Part shown: positions 63,053-64,000 of the stretch, piece by piece | Position numbering within the stretch: position 1 is the stretch's first letter | Layout of the letters: each line of letters starts with the position of its first letter | Sequence record: OV032902.1 | Length of the DNA stretch: 64,000 nucleotides | Reading direction: 5' to 3' (one strand) | The notes under the pieces: model-generated | The model's input: only the letters and a program-made list of their open reading frames with translations | Database searches by the model: none | What the model was told of the DNA's origin: nothing | Position numbers and translations under genes: made by a program

Positions 63053-63638
63053 TGCTATTGCTGCAATCTTCGTTGTTATGCTCTTAGCGATCTTCGGATT
63101 GCTTTGGGCATGGCGCTGTTCCCGCAAAGAGTATTGGGACGAAGAGAAAGAGACTAACCGTTATCGAGCAATGCTAGATCAAGCGGAATGTCTAAATAAA
63201 GATAGAGAGTGGATGACTACGCTCTTCTTTACTATCGAGACTTACTACTATATCCTTCCTCGTATTTGGAAAGCGTATAAAATGGGCGTGCAGTCTCGTG
63301 ACGAAGTCTGCATAAAACAAACGATAGCTCTCCTTAAGTCCTATCGTGAATTTTACTCGACGGTTAAGAGTAATCCAGGATGGTATATTAAAGTCAACGC
63401 CACGAACAGCGTCCCTATGTTTATCAAACCAGGTGGACTGCTTATGGCTAAGACTATGTACTACAAATATGTTCACTTGAGTATCCATCAAAACGGCATG
63501 ATTAAAATGACGGTTCCAGTGGGTGAAAGCGTACAGTCTTGTTTGCTCCGTGATTTCTTAATTGAACCAGAGGTAGAAATCGGCCCTTCGTTCTGTCAGC
63601 AATTATCGGTGAGTCATGAACCTCGAAAACTTCCTTAG
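63033..63638 (+). CDS. Membrane-anchored hypothetical protein
   Basis: GGAG RBS before ATG 63033; TM AAIFVVMLLAIFGLLWAW. Confidence 0.7.
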   Translation: METLHSNAIAAIFVVMLLAIFGLLWAWRCSRKEYWDEEKETNRYRAMLDQAECLNKDREWMTTLFFTIETYYYILPRIWKAYKMGVQSRDEVCIKQTIALLKSYREFYSTVKSNPGWYIKVNATNSVPMFIKPGGLLMAKTMYYKYVHLSIHQNGMIKMTVPVGESVQSCLLRDFLIEPEVEIGPSFCQQLSVSHEPRKLP

Positions 63639-64000
63639 AAAACAGGCTAAGCTGAAACATGCGGCTGCGATGTATTACACTGAAGATAATCCTATCATGA
63701 ATGATGAAGATTATGATGCTTTGTATCGTCTGGTCGTAAAAGCTGAGCCTATGTTCCCTGATGCGGTTGACCCAACGTCACCAACTCAAACAGTAGGTGG
63801 TCCACTGTCTGCCTATCTTGATCCAGTAGAACATCAAGAACCTATGTTAAGCTTAGACAACATCTTCCTTAAAGAAGAGTATGACAAGTTTATCAAAGAC
63901 ACTGATGTTAAGTCTTACTACTGTGACGAGAAGATGGATGGTTTGGCCCTGTGTCTAATCTATCGATTTGGTGTGCTTACACAAATACTAACTCGTGGTA
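63616..64000 (+). CDS. ligA: NAD-dependent DNA ligase, N-terminal part (3'-truncated; absent from the ORF track)
   Basis: My translation from ATG 63616: ...AMYYTEDNPIMNDEDYDALYR...DPTSPTQTVGG...HQEPMLSLDN...DEKMDGLALCLIYRFGVLTQILTRG, i.e. domain Ia plus the KxDG adenylation motif. Confidence 0.95.
   Translation, partial: MNLENFLRKQAKLKHAAAMYYTEDNPIMNDEDYDALYRLVVKAEPMFPDAVDPTSPTQTVGGPLSAYLDPVEHQEPMLSLDNIFLKEEYDKFIKDTDVKSYYCDEKMDGLALCLIYRFGVLTQILTRG

Noticed and set aside
1-64000. CRISPR array, tRNA or rRNA genes
   Set aside because: No direct repeats with unique spacers and no cloverleaf-compatible intergenic stretch seen; intergenic gaps are short and explained by terminators and promoters; a tRNAscan/Infernal run would be needed for certainty
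1-64000. Stop-codon reassignment or alternative genetic code
   Set aside because: Standard code 11 gives long, tightly tiled ORFs on both strands, with TAA, TAG and TGA all used as stops
1-64000. Naming a specific phage or host (e.g. a marine Vibrio jumbo phage)
   Set aside because: Gene content (UvsE, K+ channel, DUF285 repeats) is compatible with a marine gammaproteobacterial host, but no hallmark gene or database comparison supports a specific identity

Overview
This looks like 64 kb of a large lytic phage genome, most likely a phiKZ-like jumbo phage. That assignment is inferred from TATATTAC early-type and TATG late-type promoter motifs, UUCG-loop terminators and dense orphan genes; no capsid, RNAP or terminase gene lies in the window. 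Layout: (1) 1-12.8 kb, + strand: three DUF285/BspA-like 'surface repeat' proteins (>2508, 535 and 1165 aa) in which the repeats alternate with a phage-fibre-type domain. (2) 12.8-31.0 kb, + strand: early-type operons with UvsE, DHFR, a GNAT, many orphans and membrane proteins, and a KcsA-like K+ channel. (3) 31.1-48.9 kb, - strand: a late/structural block with two syntenic 7-gene cassettes plus a 2-gene tailspike-like unit. (4) 49-64 kb, + strand: early-type operons with a HAD protein, an Ntn/HslV-like protein, three Zn-motif paralogs, membrane proteins and the 5' end of an NAD-dependent DNA ligase. Best candidate for an undescribed system: a modular virion-appendage kit. Each cassette encodes a ~206-aa protein made of 11 beta-strand repeats in three sequence classes (3:3:5 and 3:4:4), next to three paralogous ~440-aa putative adhesins, and shared anchor modules link both cassettes, the tailspike unit and the DUF285 proteins. 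Second candidate: four TATG late-type promoters whose +1 G opens a short hairpin. All functional calls come from motif recognition by eye; no searches were run.
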